Source of the DNA: Macrostomum hystrix
Lineage: Eukaryota; Animalia; Platyhelminthes
Assembly (NCBI GenBank): GCA_950097015.1
Contig: CATNEN010000011.1
Location: forward strand, 682,001 to 746,000
Reading direction: 5' to 3'
DNA length: 64,000 nucleotides
Shown piece after piece: positions 1 to 12,160 of the stretch (the stretch's first letter is position 1; every line of letters starts with the position of its first letter). Both the position numbers and the translations under genes were made by a program. The notes beneath the pieces were generated by a model, which was not told the origin of the DNA, searched no databases, and was given only the letters and a program-made list of their open reading frames with translations.

Positions 1-90
1 TGTTCAGTTTCTGTTCAGTTTCCGTTCAGTTTCTGTTCTGCTCCCGATCAGTTTCTGTTCAGTTCCCGTTCAGTTTCTGTTCAGTTCAGT
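1..90. repeat. Short degenerate tandem repeat (ttctgttcagt-like, ~10-11 bp)
   Basis: Visible periodic ttctgttcagt units, truncated by the window edge. Confidence 0.8.
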
Positions 91-730
91 GGTTTGGAAG
101 GTGAGAAATTACAGGAAATATGTTTCACATTCTGTTGAGTAAGAACAAACGCATGAATATTTGAAGCAGGCAGCGAAGGACACCCAGTTTATTGACCATA
201 TTTGAATGCTGAGTTGCCCATTAGCAAGCAGAAGTTCTCTCTAGAAGCTGAGCCAAGAGCTCGATTGAGTCTGCCTTGTAATTCGCAGATAATCGGCATT
301 GATCCTTGCTGCCCAAATTGATTTTCTAGTCTTTTCGGAAACTGCTTCTCGCCAGGCCAGGGTGGTCTTTTGGAAAGAGAAGCAAACAAGCTAATAAGAA
401 TCTGGAACCGCAGACACTCACTGAATATGTTGCGCGCGATGCGAAAGTATGCTCAACTGATAATACCGGTCGTCTGCTTTCAGTTGCAGGAATTGCTGCT
501 CCGATCAACAAATCTTATGCAAGGGTCGCTTTGAGCAACCCGCCACAGTGCTTTATAGTCCATATCGACCTTGCTGTCCAGCCAATGAGGATTTGGGAGA
601 CCGTAACTGTTCGGCCTACCTGTTCTAGCAGATAACTAGAATTGAATTCGCTCAATTAAGAATATAATATTTCCACTTTAACAGTATTATTAAGACTTTT
701 AGTGTACACTGCCGAAAAATTTATTAATTA

Positions 731-1495
731 GACTAGAAATGTAATATTTTGACTAGAAATGTAATATTTCGACTGGAAATGTAATATTTTAACTAGAATT
801 GTAATACTTCGCAAAGAAATGTAATATTTCGACTATAAATATAATATTTCGACTAGAAATATAATATTTCGACTAGAAATGTAATATTTCGACTAGAAAT
901 GTAATATTTCGACTAGAAATGTAATATTTCGACTAGAAATGTAATATTTTAACTAGAATTGTAATACTTCGCAAAGAAATGTAATATTTCGACTACAAAT
1001 ATAATATTTCGACTAGAAATGTAATATTTCGACTAGAAATGTAATATTTTAACTAGAATTGTAATACTTCGCAAAGAAATGTAATATTTCGACTACAAAT
1101 ATAATATTTCGACTAGAAATGTAATATTTCGACTATAAATGTAATATTTTAACTAGAATTGTAATACTTCGCAAAGAAATGTAATATTTCGACTACAAAT
1201 ATAATATTTCGACTACAAATATAATATTTCGACTAGAAATGTAATATTTCGACTAGAAATGTAATATTTCGACTAGAAATGTAATATTTCGACTAGAAAT
1301 GTAATATTTCGACTAGAAATGTAATATTTCGACTAGAAATGTAATATTTCGACTAGAAATGTAATATTTCGACTAGAAATGTAATATTTCGACTAGAAAT
1401 GTAATATTTCGACTAGAAATGTAATATTTCGACTAGAAATGTAATATTTCGACTAGAAATGTAATATTTCGACTAGAAATGTAATATTTCGACTG
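731..1495. repeat. 20-bp minisatellite (gactagaaatgtaatatttc)n, ~38 units
   Basis: Direct inspection; few variant units. Confidence 0.95.
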
Positions 1496-2079
1496 TTTGA
1501 CGTCGTAAAATTTTTATTCGGCTAAGTCAGTTTTAAACAAGAAGTTTAAGTGCATCTTATGAGACTGTCAATTCAATTATTTGTTGAAATCAACTTTTTT
1601 TAATCCTTTTTATTCACAATTACGAGTACAGCATTTTGAAATTCTTGATAGTTGAGTCTACTCATCAGACGGTTTTGAGATCGCAGGTCTAATTAACCTG
1701 AAGTGAGCTTCCATTGTCAACAACGTCTCAGCAATATCCATTGGCACGCCGAGAACTTAATTCCCTTTTTAATTCCTGAATGCGATCCAAATCTGATTGA
1801 AGCTTATTGAACTGTCAAGATTCCACTAACATGGAAATAAAATCCCTGAACTGCCAAGACAGTGTTAAATCATGTATGCAGCTTGTCATACTCAATGAGG
1901 CTGGGGATTATTAATGGGATTTTCCAAAAACTGAGACTATTTCCCAATGAATTCCGAATCTTGTAAGACACAACAAAAAACCATTGCCATCTTGAAATCT
2001 CAAATTTAAGTATCCTTGTTGACAGAGTGCTGCATTCAACGCAATACTCAAAATACAAATACTCTACTTCAAAATATTT

Positions 2080-2600
2080 GTATCCCACTTCAAAATCTCA
2101 ACATCCTTTTTCAAAATCCATACAGTCTACTTCAAAATCTCAACATTTAATTTCAAAATCTCAAAATCCAGCTTCAAAATCTCAACATCCGACTTCAAAA
2201 TCTCAACATCCGACTTCAAAATCTCAACATCCTACTTCAAAATCTCAACATATAACTTCAAAATCTCAACATATAACTTCAAAATCTCAACATCTAACTC
2301 CAAAATCTCAACATCCACCTTCAAAATCTCAACATATAACTTCAAAATCTCAACATCTAACTCCAAAATCTCAACATCCACCTTCAAAATCTCAACATAT
2401 AACTTCAAAATCTCAACATAGAACTTCAAAATCTCAACATCAGACTTTAAAATCTCGGCATCCTACTTCAAAATCTCAACATCCTACTTCAAAATCTCAA
2501 CATCGGACTTCAAAATCTGAACATCTAACTCCAAAATCTCAACATCCGACTTCAAAATCTCAACATCTAACTTCAAAATATTAATATCCTACTTGAAAAT
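2080..2600. repeat. 21-bp minisatellite (acttcaaaatctcaacatcc-type)
   Basis: Periodic units; source of the SKSQHPT ORF artefact. Confidence 0.9.
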
Positions 2601-3269
2601 CTCCACTCAGCAGAGAGAAAACACTAATAAATAAAGCAGTTTTTCAGAGAATTTTCCAGCAAATCGCAGCAAAAAACAAGCCATTTAAGGCAAGCGACTT
2701 CAATTCTAGAAGACTTTTTTGTCTCCTGAAATTTGAATTTCGCATGAGCTAAGATAAACAAGTGTTTCGTAACCCCGAAGCAACTAAGACAAGAAGAGTC
2801 TGCAGCAGCGATGGCGACTCATAATTATCCACCCTTGGAAGATGAGGAATCTTCAAGCGCTTTCAAGCAATAACAGACTTTCTTCAACATCCTACCTTTC
2901 GCGCAAGAAAATGCAAGGTATTGCAGCAGAAAATTAGAAATAATAAGCACGGACAAAGGGAGAATTCGGCACTGTAATTTTCTACTTGCTTATTCGCTAC
3001 AGAATAAAGAAAGGATGGGAGATAGAATTGTCCAGTGAGTACAGACTCACCACCCTTACCTATGGCTTTTAAGCAATGCGGCCTCTCTGTCATTGATTTG
3101 GACCTATATTCACTGTAATTATCTGAGTTCGTCTGCCCTTGAGTCCTAGTCTCTTTGAGTGCAAGGGCTGGCTATTTGACTCGCCTTTTATTGCCATTTC
3201 TTCGTGCTCCTTCAATCTGACACTCCTTTTGTGTTTCAGGACCTGTTTTCACCTCTTGCAGCGCTTCAG

Positions 3270-4650
3270 GCTCCATCATCACTTTCTGAAAATTTCTGGG
3301 CTCAATCATTAACTGAAGTGTTTCAGGCTCCATCATCATCTCCTGAAGTGTTTCAGGCTTAATCATCTCCTGAAGTGTTTCAGGCTCCATCATCATCTCC
3401 TGAAGTGTTTCAGGCTCCATCATCATCTCCTGAAGTGTTTCAGGCTCCATCATCATCTCCTGAAGTGTTTAAGGCTCCATCATCATCTCCTGAAGTGTTT
3501 AAGGCTCCATCATCATCTCCTGAAGTGTTTCAGGCTCCATCATCATCTCCTGAAGTGTTTCAGGCTCCATCATCATCTCCTGAAGTGTTTCAGGCTCCAT
3601 CATCATCTCCTGAAGTGTTTAAGGCTCCATCATCTCGTGGAGTGTTTAAGGCTCCATCATCATCTCCTGAAGTGTTTCAGGCTCCATCATCATCTCCTGA
3701 AGTGTTTAAGGCTCCATCATCATCTCCTGAAGTGTTTAAGGCTCCATCATCATCTCGTGAAGTGTTTAAGGCTCCATCATCATCTCCTGAAGTGTTTCAG
3801 GCTCCATCATCATCTCCTGAAGTGTTTCAGGCTCCATCATCATCTCCTGATGTGTTTCAGGCTCCACCATCATCTCCTGAAGTATTTCAGGCTCCATCAT
3901 CATCTCCTGAAGTATTTCAGGCTCCATCATCATCTCCTGAAGTGTTTCAGGCTCCATCATTATTTGATTATTTGCTGAAGTGTTTCAGGCTCCATCATTA
4001 TTTGCTGAAGTGTTTCAGGCTCCATCATTATTTGCTGAAGTTTTTCAGGCTCCATCATCATTTGCTGAAGTGTTTCAGGCTCAATCATCATTTGCTGAAG
4101 TGTTTCAGGCTCCATCATTATTTTATTATTTGCTGAAGTGTTTCAGGCTCCATCATTATTTGCGGAAGTGTTTCAGGCTCCATCATTATTTGATTATTTG
4201 CTGAAGTGTTTCAGGCTCCATCATTATTTGCTGAAGTGTTTCAGGCTCCATCATTATTTGATTATTTGCTGAAGTGTTTCAGGCTCCATCATTATTTGCT
4301 GAAGTGTTTCAGGCTCCATCATTATTTGATTATTTGCGGAAGTGTTTCAGGCTCCATCATTATTTGATTATTTGCTGAAGTGTTTCAGGCTCCATCATTA
4401 TTTGCTGAAGTGTTTCAGGCTCCATCATTATTTGCTGAAGTGTTTCAGGCTCCATCATTATTTGATTATTTGCTGAAGTGTTTCAGGCTCCATCATTATT
4501 TGATTATTTGCTGAAGTGTTTCAGGCTCCATCATTATTTGCTGAAGTGTTTCAGGCTCCATCATTATTTGCTGAAGTGTTTCAGGCTCCATCATTATTTG
4601 ATTATTTGCTGAAGTGTTTCAGGCTCCATCATTATTTGCTGAAGTGTTTC
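3270..4650. repeat. 30-bp minisatellite (tcaggctccatcatcatctcctgaagtgtt)n with a polar change in unit type
   Basis: Left units carry catcatctcc; right units carry cattatttgc plus 8-nt attatttg insertions. Confidence 0.95.
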
Positions 4651-5204
4651 AGGCCTCTGTCATGACATTCTGAAGTAATTCCGTTTCTGATTTCCAATTA
4701 CTCTAGGCGTAAAGTAAAAATTACGGTCTGCAGGGCAGCCCTCACCCAGTCCATGGACTGAACTGAGCTATACGACAGCCTTCCTAAGCGCAGGGCTTCT
4801 GTCCTAGCTGTGTAAAAATTAAATCCAGACAGACAACAGTGGGCCATTGACTTTACCTGATTCAGAGTTCATGAGCACTTAAATGAAGATGAGAATAGAC
4901 TGAAGCCTACGTGAAATGTACGCTGTATCCTGATCAATGCACAGCCTCTACGAGCTCGTATCAAGACCATGCGCTATAACAAAGATAGATTAATTATTAA
5001 TGGCGCCCGCAAGTTTCAAGCCAACTTCTAAATTACATTTCCTCCAATTTCGTGATTTGCAGTCATAAAACACCAGGCGCAATGAAATCTGACTAATACT
5101 TACTGCCTCTGCTCTCAATGATTGTTAGTCTGTTCATACGGATACTGCTAGTGTGAGGCTCTAGTGAGTGCCTATGTATCTGTGTCATGCAGAAGGATCA
5201 GGGT

Positions 5205-5840
5205 AGTGGGACTGAAGGCTCTGAGCAGAGGGACTGAAGGCTCTGAGCAGAGGGACTGAAGGCTCTGAGCAGAGGGACTGAAGGATCAGGGCAGAGGGAC
5301 TGAAGGATCAAGGCAGACGGACAGAAGGATCAGGGCAGACGGACAGAAGGATCAAGGCAGACGGACAGAAGGATCAAGGCAGACGGACAGAAGGATCAAG
5401 GCAGACGGACAGAAGGATCAGGGCAGACGGACTGAAGGATCTGAGCAGAGGGACTGAAGGATCAGAGCAGAGGGACTGAAGGATCAAGGCAGAGGGACTG
5501 AAGGATCAAGGCAGACGGACGGAAGGATCAAGGCAGACGGACAGAAGGATCAGGGCAGACGGACAGAAGGATCAAGGCAGACGGACAGAAGGATCAGGGC
5601 AGACGGACTGAAGGATCTGAGCAGAGGGACTGAAGGATCAGGGCAGAAGGACTGAAGGATCTGAGCAGAGGGACTGAAGGATCAGGGCAGACGGACTGAA
5701 GGATCAGGGTAGAGGGACTGAAGGATCAGGGCAGAGGGACTGAAGGATCAAGGCAGACGGACGGAAGGATCAAGGCAGACGGACAGAAGGATCAGAGCAG
5801 AGGGACTGAAGGATCAGGGCAGAGGCACTGAAGGATCAGA
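5205..5840. repeat. 20-bp minisatellite (gactgaaggatcagggcaga)n
   Basis: Direct inspection. Confidence 0.9.
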
Positions 5841-6047
5841 GTAGAAATTTAAAGTGTTTTTCTCTCTAAAAAGTTCGTATTGTCAGCATGCTTCAATAGG
5901 GTTTTATTAAAGAACTATATTTTTTGAATAAACAATTTTTAGCTACAAACAAACGCCAGTGGATAGCACAACTTTTATACCCAAGAAATATTTTTCAAAT
6001 CGACAACTAATTGTTACAGTTATCTTCCGTCTTCTAAATTAATCTAG

Positions 6048-6395
6048 CCACTTCTAAAATGATCAACCCACTTCTAAAATGATCAACCCACTTCTAAAAT
6101 GATCAACCCACTTCTGAAATGATCAACCCACTTCTGAAATGATCAACCCACTTCTAAAATGATCAACCCACTTCTGAAAGGATCAACCCACTTCTAAAAT
6201 GATCAACCCACTTCTAAAATGATCAACCCACTTCTAAAATGATTAACCCACTTCTAAAATGATCAATCCACTTCTAAAATGATCACCCCACTTCTAAAAT
6301 GATCAACCCACTTCTAAAATGATCAACCCACTTCTAAAATGATCAACCCACTTCTAAAATGATCAACCCATTTCTAAAATGAGCAACCTACTTCT
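6048..6395. repeat. 20-bp minisatellite (cacttctaaaatgatcaacc)n
   Basis: Direct inspection. Confidence 0.95.
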
Positions 6396-6421
6396 ACAAT
6401 AGTCTAGCCAGGCTAGCAGCC

Positions 6422-6781
6422 TCAGTACTTTTCGTCAGTTTCTTTGGCTGAGATATTGGATGTTCTGTCCATAATGTCTTGCGGAACGCATCTTGACGCG
6501 AAGTGAAAAGTTGTCAATGCTTTGCTGAGCAGAGCTGCTACTAGGCAGACAATGGCCGCTACGCCAGTAAAGCACAGGGCTGTGGTGAGCCACGCCAGAT
6601 TTTTATAAACTTCAGCCACCTCTTGCCGATTTTTCTTATCCGAATCAGCCAGCGTCAAAACAGCCAAAAGTAAGATAAATGTCACACTGAGCATTAGCAA
6701 GCTCAGTGCTGTGCAGCAGCAGTAGGCCCTGTAGCTGCTCTGGTATGCGCCTGCGGGACCTGATGGTAATATTGAGTTCAT
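6422..6781 (-). CDS. Hypothetical small two-TM membrane protein (119 aa)
   Basis: Non-repetitive ORF with two hydrophobic stretches (TALSLLMLSVTFILLLAVLTLA; LAWLTTALCFTGVAAIVCLVAALL) around a short charged loop. An acceptor-like tctctaacttaag precedes the ATG. No family recognised. Confidence 0.45.
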   Translation of the reverse strand: MNSILPSGPAGAYQSSYRAYCCCTALSLLMLSVTFILLLAVLTLADSDKKNRQEVAEVYKNLAWLTTALCFTGVAAIVCLVAALLSKALTTFHFASRCVPQDIMDRTSNISAKETDEKY

Positions 6782-6807
6782 GCTTAAGTTAGAGACAAAC
6801 TCACAGT

Positions 6808-6945
6808 CCGTACTGACATTCCTACTGTCTGTACTGACATTATCCCAGTCTGTACTGACATTATCCCAGTCTGTACTGACATTATCCCAGTCTGTACTGA
6901 CATTGTCTCTATACTGAAATTTTCATTCTGTACTGAAATCCTTAA
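6808..6945. repeat. ~22-bp tandem repeat (ctgtactgacattatcccagt-type)
   Basis: About 6 degenerate units. Confidence 0.8.
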
Positions 6946-7142
6946 TGTTACTGCAAAAGTATGCTACTGACAGTAGTAAAACACATGCAAAGACTGAAAA
7001 TGCCAACGTTGGGTTCCGAGGCTGCTAATTTGTATTTAAGCGAGGCAGGTAAGAAAGCTGAAAGGTGTTTCATTTCTTAAATATGTATATTTTCAACGAC
7101 AATTTTCACAGCATGGTTCATCTTATCCGTTAGATGGTTGTA

Positions 7143-7458
7143 GGTTGTAGCCTAGTGGTTAGGGCGTCGGACTCACCACTTGAAGGTCGGGGGTTCGATT
7201 CCCGACTCCACTGGAAAAATTTGCGTCCTTTAGCAAGACACTTAACTCTGCATTGCTTCAGTTCACCCAGCTGTTAAATGGGTACCAGCATCAGCTGGGA
7301 TAATTGAAGGTGGGTGTGGCGTCCCCCCAGTCCGTGGACTGAACAGCTGTACGCAGCCTTCAGATGCGCCGCGCATTAGCTGCGGCTGTGCTGTCGGCTG
7401 CACATCTGACCCAATTGGGGCAGGTGCAATCAATTATTAATTATTATTATTATTATTA
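7143..7458 (+). mobile_element. tRNA-derived SINE family 1, full-length copy
   Basis: Pol III A box (tagcctagtggtt) and B box (ggttcgattccc); central gtcctttagcaagacacttaac...cagctgttaaatgggtacc resembles the CORE-SINE domain; (att)n tail. Candidate TSD ttatc[c/t]gttag at 7123-7133 and 7456-7466. Further copies occur elsewhere in the window. Confidence 0.85.
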
Positions 7459-7529
7459 TCTGTTAGGTTATGATTTGGCAACCTCTCTTACACATATTTT
7501 TAAACATCCCCACCATCTCTTAGTTATTC

Positions 7530-7830
7530 TCCTTCTTCTCTCTCCAACCCCATCTTCTTCATGTGTTTCCTACCCCATCTTCTCCCTGTGTTTCCTACCA
7601 CATCTTCTCCCTGTGTTTCCTACCACATCTTCTCCCTGTGTTTCCTACCACATCTTCTCCCTGTGTTTCCTACCACATCTTCTCCCTGTGTTTCCTACCC
7701 CATCTTCTCCCTCTCTCCTACCCCATCTTCTCCCTCTCTCATACCCCATCTTCTCCCTCTCTCCTACCCCATCTTCTCCCTCTCTCATACCCCATCTTCT
7801 CCCTCTCTCCTACCCCATCTTCTCCCTCTC
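7530..7830. repeat. ~26-bp pyrimidine-rich minisatellite (catcttctccctgtgtttcctaccac)n
   Basis: Direct inspection; source of several spurious ORFs. Confidence 0.9.
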
Positions 7831-7905
7831 CCAAGCCCTCACATTTCACGCGGTCAGTAGCCGCACGTGTTGCACAGCCGCAAACTCGGCTCACCTCGTA
7901 GGCAA

Positions 7906-8277
7906 TTAGCGGGCCATTGCTGAGCTCTTAATGTTTGCGTCTTTATATATAAATAGGCGCACACAATTTAGTGTGCTGAACTCACCGTTAATCAGAGCGG
8001 CAATAATATTCTTCGCAGATTTGCCGTGCATAGCGAATCGATTATCCAACCAGATGGGGTCATCGATCTGATAGGGATCCGGTTTTACCGAGTCTTTTAA
8101 TTGGTCGATCTTGTTGCTACTGCCAATTCGTGATCTCTCTAACCCGACATCCTGAATTAGAATAGAATTCGGCACCAACAGGTCCATGCGCGAACCTTCG
8201 ACGTTTGAGACCGGGTAGTCGGGCTCATTGAAACTGAGACGCTTTCGAAAATTAAACTTGCTTGGGTTGGGTTGCAT
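7906..8277 (-). CDS. Hypothetical protein, probable first coding exon(s) (MQPNPSKFNFRKRLSF...)
   Basis: Non-repetitive ORF preserved in both duplicate units. Acceptor cattcag lies just before ATG 8277; internal gtgagt donor after 7986; second donor GAG|gtgagc after 7895. No family recognised. Confidence 0.4.
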   Translation of the reverse strand: MQPNPSKFNFRKRLSFNEPDYPVSNVEGSRMDLLVPNSILIQDVGLERSRIGSSNKIDQLKDSVKPDPYQIDDPIWLDNRFAMHGKSAKNIIAALINGEFSTLNCVRLFIYKDANIKSSAMAR

Positions 8278-8506
8278 TGTCGAACTGAATGACCAAATCA
8301 AATTCTAATTGCCTTGTCAAAGATATAGCTGCCGTGATTTTAAGCTCTTGGGGTTTTCTTTATCTTTGTAAAAGTCTAGCGAACTGCCATAGACTAAACA
8401 ATAAGCTGGTGTAGGCCAGGACCACTACATGTAGAATAATCATATCATATCTTACGGTGGTCCTTGGCGTAAGCACGTAGAAAGAATAACAAGTTGTCAG
8501 AAATTA

Positions 8507-11245
8507 AAGCCATTATAGAACTGAAGCTAATTCAGAACTGAAGCAATTATAGAACTGAAGCTAATTCAGAACTGAAGCAATTATAGAACTGAAGCTAATT
8601 CAGAACTGAAGCTATTATAGAACTGAAGCTAATTCAGAACTGAAGCCATTATAGAACTGAAGCTAATTCAGAACTGAAGCCATTATAGAACTGAAGCCAT
8701 TATAGAACTGAAGCTAATTCAGAACTGAAGCCATTATAGAACTGAAGCTAATTCAGAACTGAAGCAATTATAGAACTGAAGTTATTATGTAACTGAAGCT
8801 ATTATAGAACTGAAGCTAATTCAGAACTGAAGCCATTATAGAACTGAAGCTAATTCAGAACTGAAGCCATTATAGAACTGAAGCTAATTCAGAACTGAAG
8901 CAATTATAGAACTGAAGTTATTATGTAACTGAAGCTATTATAGAACTGAAGCTATTATGTAACTGAAGCTATTATAGAACTGAAGCTAATTCAGAACTGA
9001 AGCAATTATAGAACTGAAGCTAATTCAGAACTGAAGCAATTATAGAACTGAAGTTATTATGTAACTGAAGCTATTATAGAACTGAAGCTAATTCAGAACT
9101 GAAGCTAATTCAGAACTGAAGCAATTATAGAACTGAAGCTAATTCAGAACTGAAGCAATTATAGAACTGAAGTTATTATGTAACTGAAGCTATTATAGAA
9201 CTGAAGCTAATTCAGAACTGAAGCCATTATAGAACTGAAGCTAATTCAGAACTGAAGCCATTATAGAACTGAAGCTAATTCAGAACTGAAGCAATTATAG
9301 AACTGAAGTTATTATGTAACTGAAGCTATTATAGAACTGAAGCTATTATGTAACTGAAGCTATTATAGAACTGAAGCTAATTCAGAACTGAAGCAATTAT
9401 AGAACTGAAGCTAATTCAGAACTGAAGCAATTATAGAACTGAAGCTAATTCAGAACTGAAGCAATTATAGAACTGAAGCTAATTCAGAACTGAAGCAATT
9501 ATAGAACTGAAGCTAATTCAGAACTGAAGCAATTATAGAACTGAAGCTAATTCAGAACTGAAGCAATTATAGAACTGAAGCTAATTCAGAACTGAAGCTA
9601 TTATAGAACTGAAGCTAATTCAGAACTGAAGCAATTATAGAACTGAAGCTAATTCAGAACTGAAGCAATTATAGAACTGAAGCTAATTCAGAACTGAAGC
9701 AATTATAGAACTGAAGTTATTATGTAACTGAAGCTATTATAGAACTGAAGCTAATTCAGAACTGAAGCCATTATAGAACTGAAGCTAATTCAGAACTGAA
9801 GCCATTATAGAACTGAAGCTAATTCAGAACTGAAGCAATTATAGAACTGAAGTTATTATGTAACTGAAGCTATTATAGAACTGAAGCTATTATGTAACTG
9901 AAGCTATTATAGAACTGAAGCTAATTCAGAACTGAAGCAATTATAGAACTGAAGCTAATTCAGAACTGAAGCAATTATAGAACTGAAGTTATTATGTAAC
10001 TGAAGCTATTATAGAACTGAAGCTAATTCAGAACTGAAGCAATTATAGAACTGAAGTTATTATGTAACTGAAGCTATTATAGAACTGAAGCTATTATGTA
10101 ACTGAAGCTATTATAGAACTGAAGCTAATTCAGAACTGAAGCAATTATAGAACTGAAGCTAATTCAGAACTGAAGCAATTATAGAACTGAAGTTATTATG
10201 TAACTGAAGCTATTATAGAACTGAAGCTAATTCAGAACTGAAGCCATTATAGAACTGAAGCTAATTCAGAACTGAAGCCATTATAGAACTGAAGCTAATT
10301 CAGAACTGAAGCAATTATAGAACTGAAGTTATTATGTAACTGAAGCTATTATAGAACTGAAGCTATTATGTAACTGAAGCTATTATAGAACTGAAGCTAA
10401 TTCAGAACTGAAGCAATTATAGAACTGAAGCTAATTCAGAACTGAAGCAATTATAGAACTGAAGCTAATTCAGAACTGAAGCAATTATAGAACTGAAGCT
10501 AATTCAGAACTGAAGCAATTATAGAACTGAAGCTAATTCAGAACTGAAGCAATTATAGAACTGAAGCTAATTCAGAACTGAAGCTATTATAGAACTGAAG
10601 CTAATTCAGAACTGAAGCTATTATAGAACTGAAGCTAATTCAGAACTGAAGCAATTATAGAACTGAAGCTAATTCAGAACTGAAGCAATTATAGAACTGA
10701 AGCTAATTCAGAACTGAAGCAATTATAGAACTGAAGTTATTATGTAACTGAAGCTATTATAGAACTGAAGCTAATTCAGAACTGAAGCCATTATAGAACT
10801 GAAGCTAATTCAGAACTGAAGCCATTATAGAACTGAAGCTAATTCAGAACTGAAGCAATTATAGAACTGAAGTTATTATGTAACTGAAGCTATTATAGAA
10901 CTGAAGCTATTATGTAACTGAAGCTATTATAGAACTGAAGCTAATTCAGAACTGAAGCAATTATAGAACTGAAGCTAATTCAGAACTGAAGCAATTATAG
11001 AACTGAAGTTATTATGTAACTGAAGCTATTATAGAACTGAAGCTAATTCAGAACTGAAGCAATTATAGAACTGAAGCTAATTCAGAACTGAAGCTATTAT
11101 AGAACTGAAGCTAATTCAGAACTGAAGCTATTATAGAACTGAAGCTATTATAGAACTGAAGCTATTATAGAACTGAAGCTATTATGTAACTGAAGCTATT
11201 ATAGAACTGAAGCTATTATAGAACTGAAGCTATTATAGAACTGAA
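8507..11245. repeat. 17-bp satellite (ctgaagctaattcagaa / ctgaagcaattatagaa variants) with a 1020-bp higher-order repeat
   Basis: 17-bp monomers; 9181-10040 recurs almost exactly at 10201-11060. Confidence 0.95.
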
Positions 11246-11986
11246 GTCTCGTTAGTTAAAACTCTAACTGTTGTATGGGACAATGCTTGGGGATAGAAGG
11301 GCCTCAAAACAGTGTATAAATTTCTGAGATGATTAGAGCAAGAGAAAGAAGATTACAGTTGCTGAGAGGATTAACTGACGACTTAAAGTTTGAACAAGGA
11401 GAGTTGGTGAGGCTGAGAGAATAGCTGACAGCCAATCACAGTGCAGCTAAGTAGACTCAAACTGGATCTACATTCAAAGGCTAAAATGCGATGTTAAAAG
11501 GTATCATTATTATTTTGCTGGCTAACACAGCTCGAGAACACTTTAAGCTCGATCGTGCTAAAAATCCGGTAGGTAAATATAAGAAATTTATAGATTTTTT
11601 AATGCAGTTTAATTAAATTTTGTTTCATTTTAACTCCAGACTCCTTGGAATGGAGAGACGGTATAAATTTGCACCCATAGTTGATGGATATTAAATTAGA
11701 TTATAAGTGTACTAATTAGCAATAATACTCTGTACGAGAGCCTGAGTCCATCCCACTTGGGAAATCCCAGCCAGTGCATGGGATTATGCTAATCCTAGCT
11801 AGTAATTCCTCCCATCCGAATCTGGGATTATCGAAATGTTGAGGCGAGGCGGAAAAAGCGCTTGACGAGGAATCGACAGCACAGGAAAAGTGGAAGTATT
11901 GAAGCCAGTATTGACACATTGTTTTAAGCTTCAGGCCCTCATTAATTATGCAATGCGCCTATAGCTGGTGCTAGCAAAATGGCAAG

Positions 11987-11992
11987 TATAAA
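11987..11992 (+). promoter_or_regulatory. Candidate TATA box of the propeptide gene
   Basis: TATAAA ~170 bp upstream of ATG 12161. A possible 5'-UTR intron (gtaaaa at ~12080 to ttacccacag at 12158) follows. The same arrangement is present in copy 2. Confidence 0.3.
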
Positions 11993-12160
11993 GCAGCCTT
12001 CGTATGCGGCAGCTGGTGTTGGCTCTTGTATCAGAAGCGTGTCGTGTCGCTATTTTGTATTTAACGACCAGAAAAAAACGTAAAATTGTTTTTTTAGACC
12101 TTAGGCAAGAGCGATTCCGAGCTTCCCAGTTTGCGATTTCGAAGAAAATTACCCACAGCA

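Noticed and set aside
2027-4204. SKSQHPT, APSSSPEVFQ and related ORFs as CTD-like or structural proteins
   Set aside because: They follow minisatellite periodicity, are broken by non-triplet indels and have no supporting gene structure.
7143-7215. tRNA gene
   Set aside because: A and B boxes are present, but I see no convincing cloverleaf; the sequence continues into a dispersed SINE body with an (att)n tail.
8507-11245. Repeat arrays as CRISPR arrays
   Set aside because: No unique spacers and no cas genes, and the context is eukaryotic. These are satellites.
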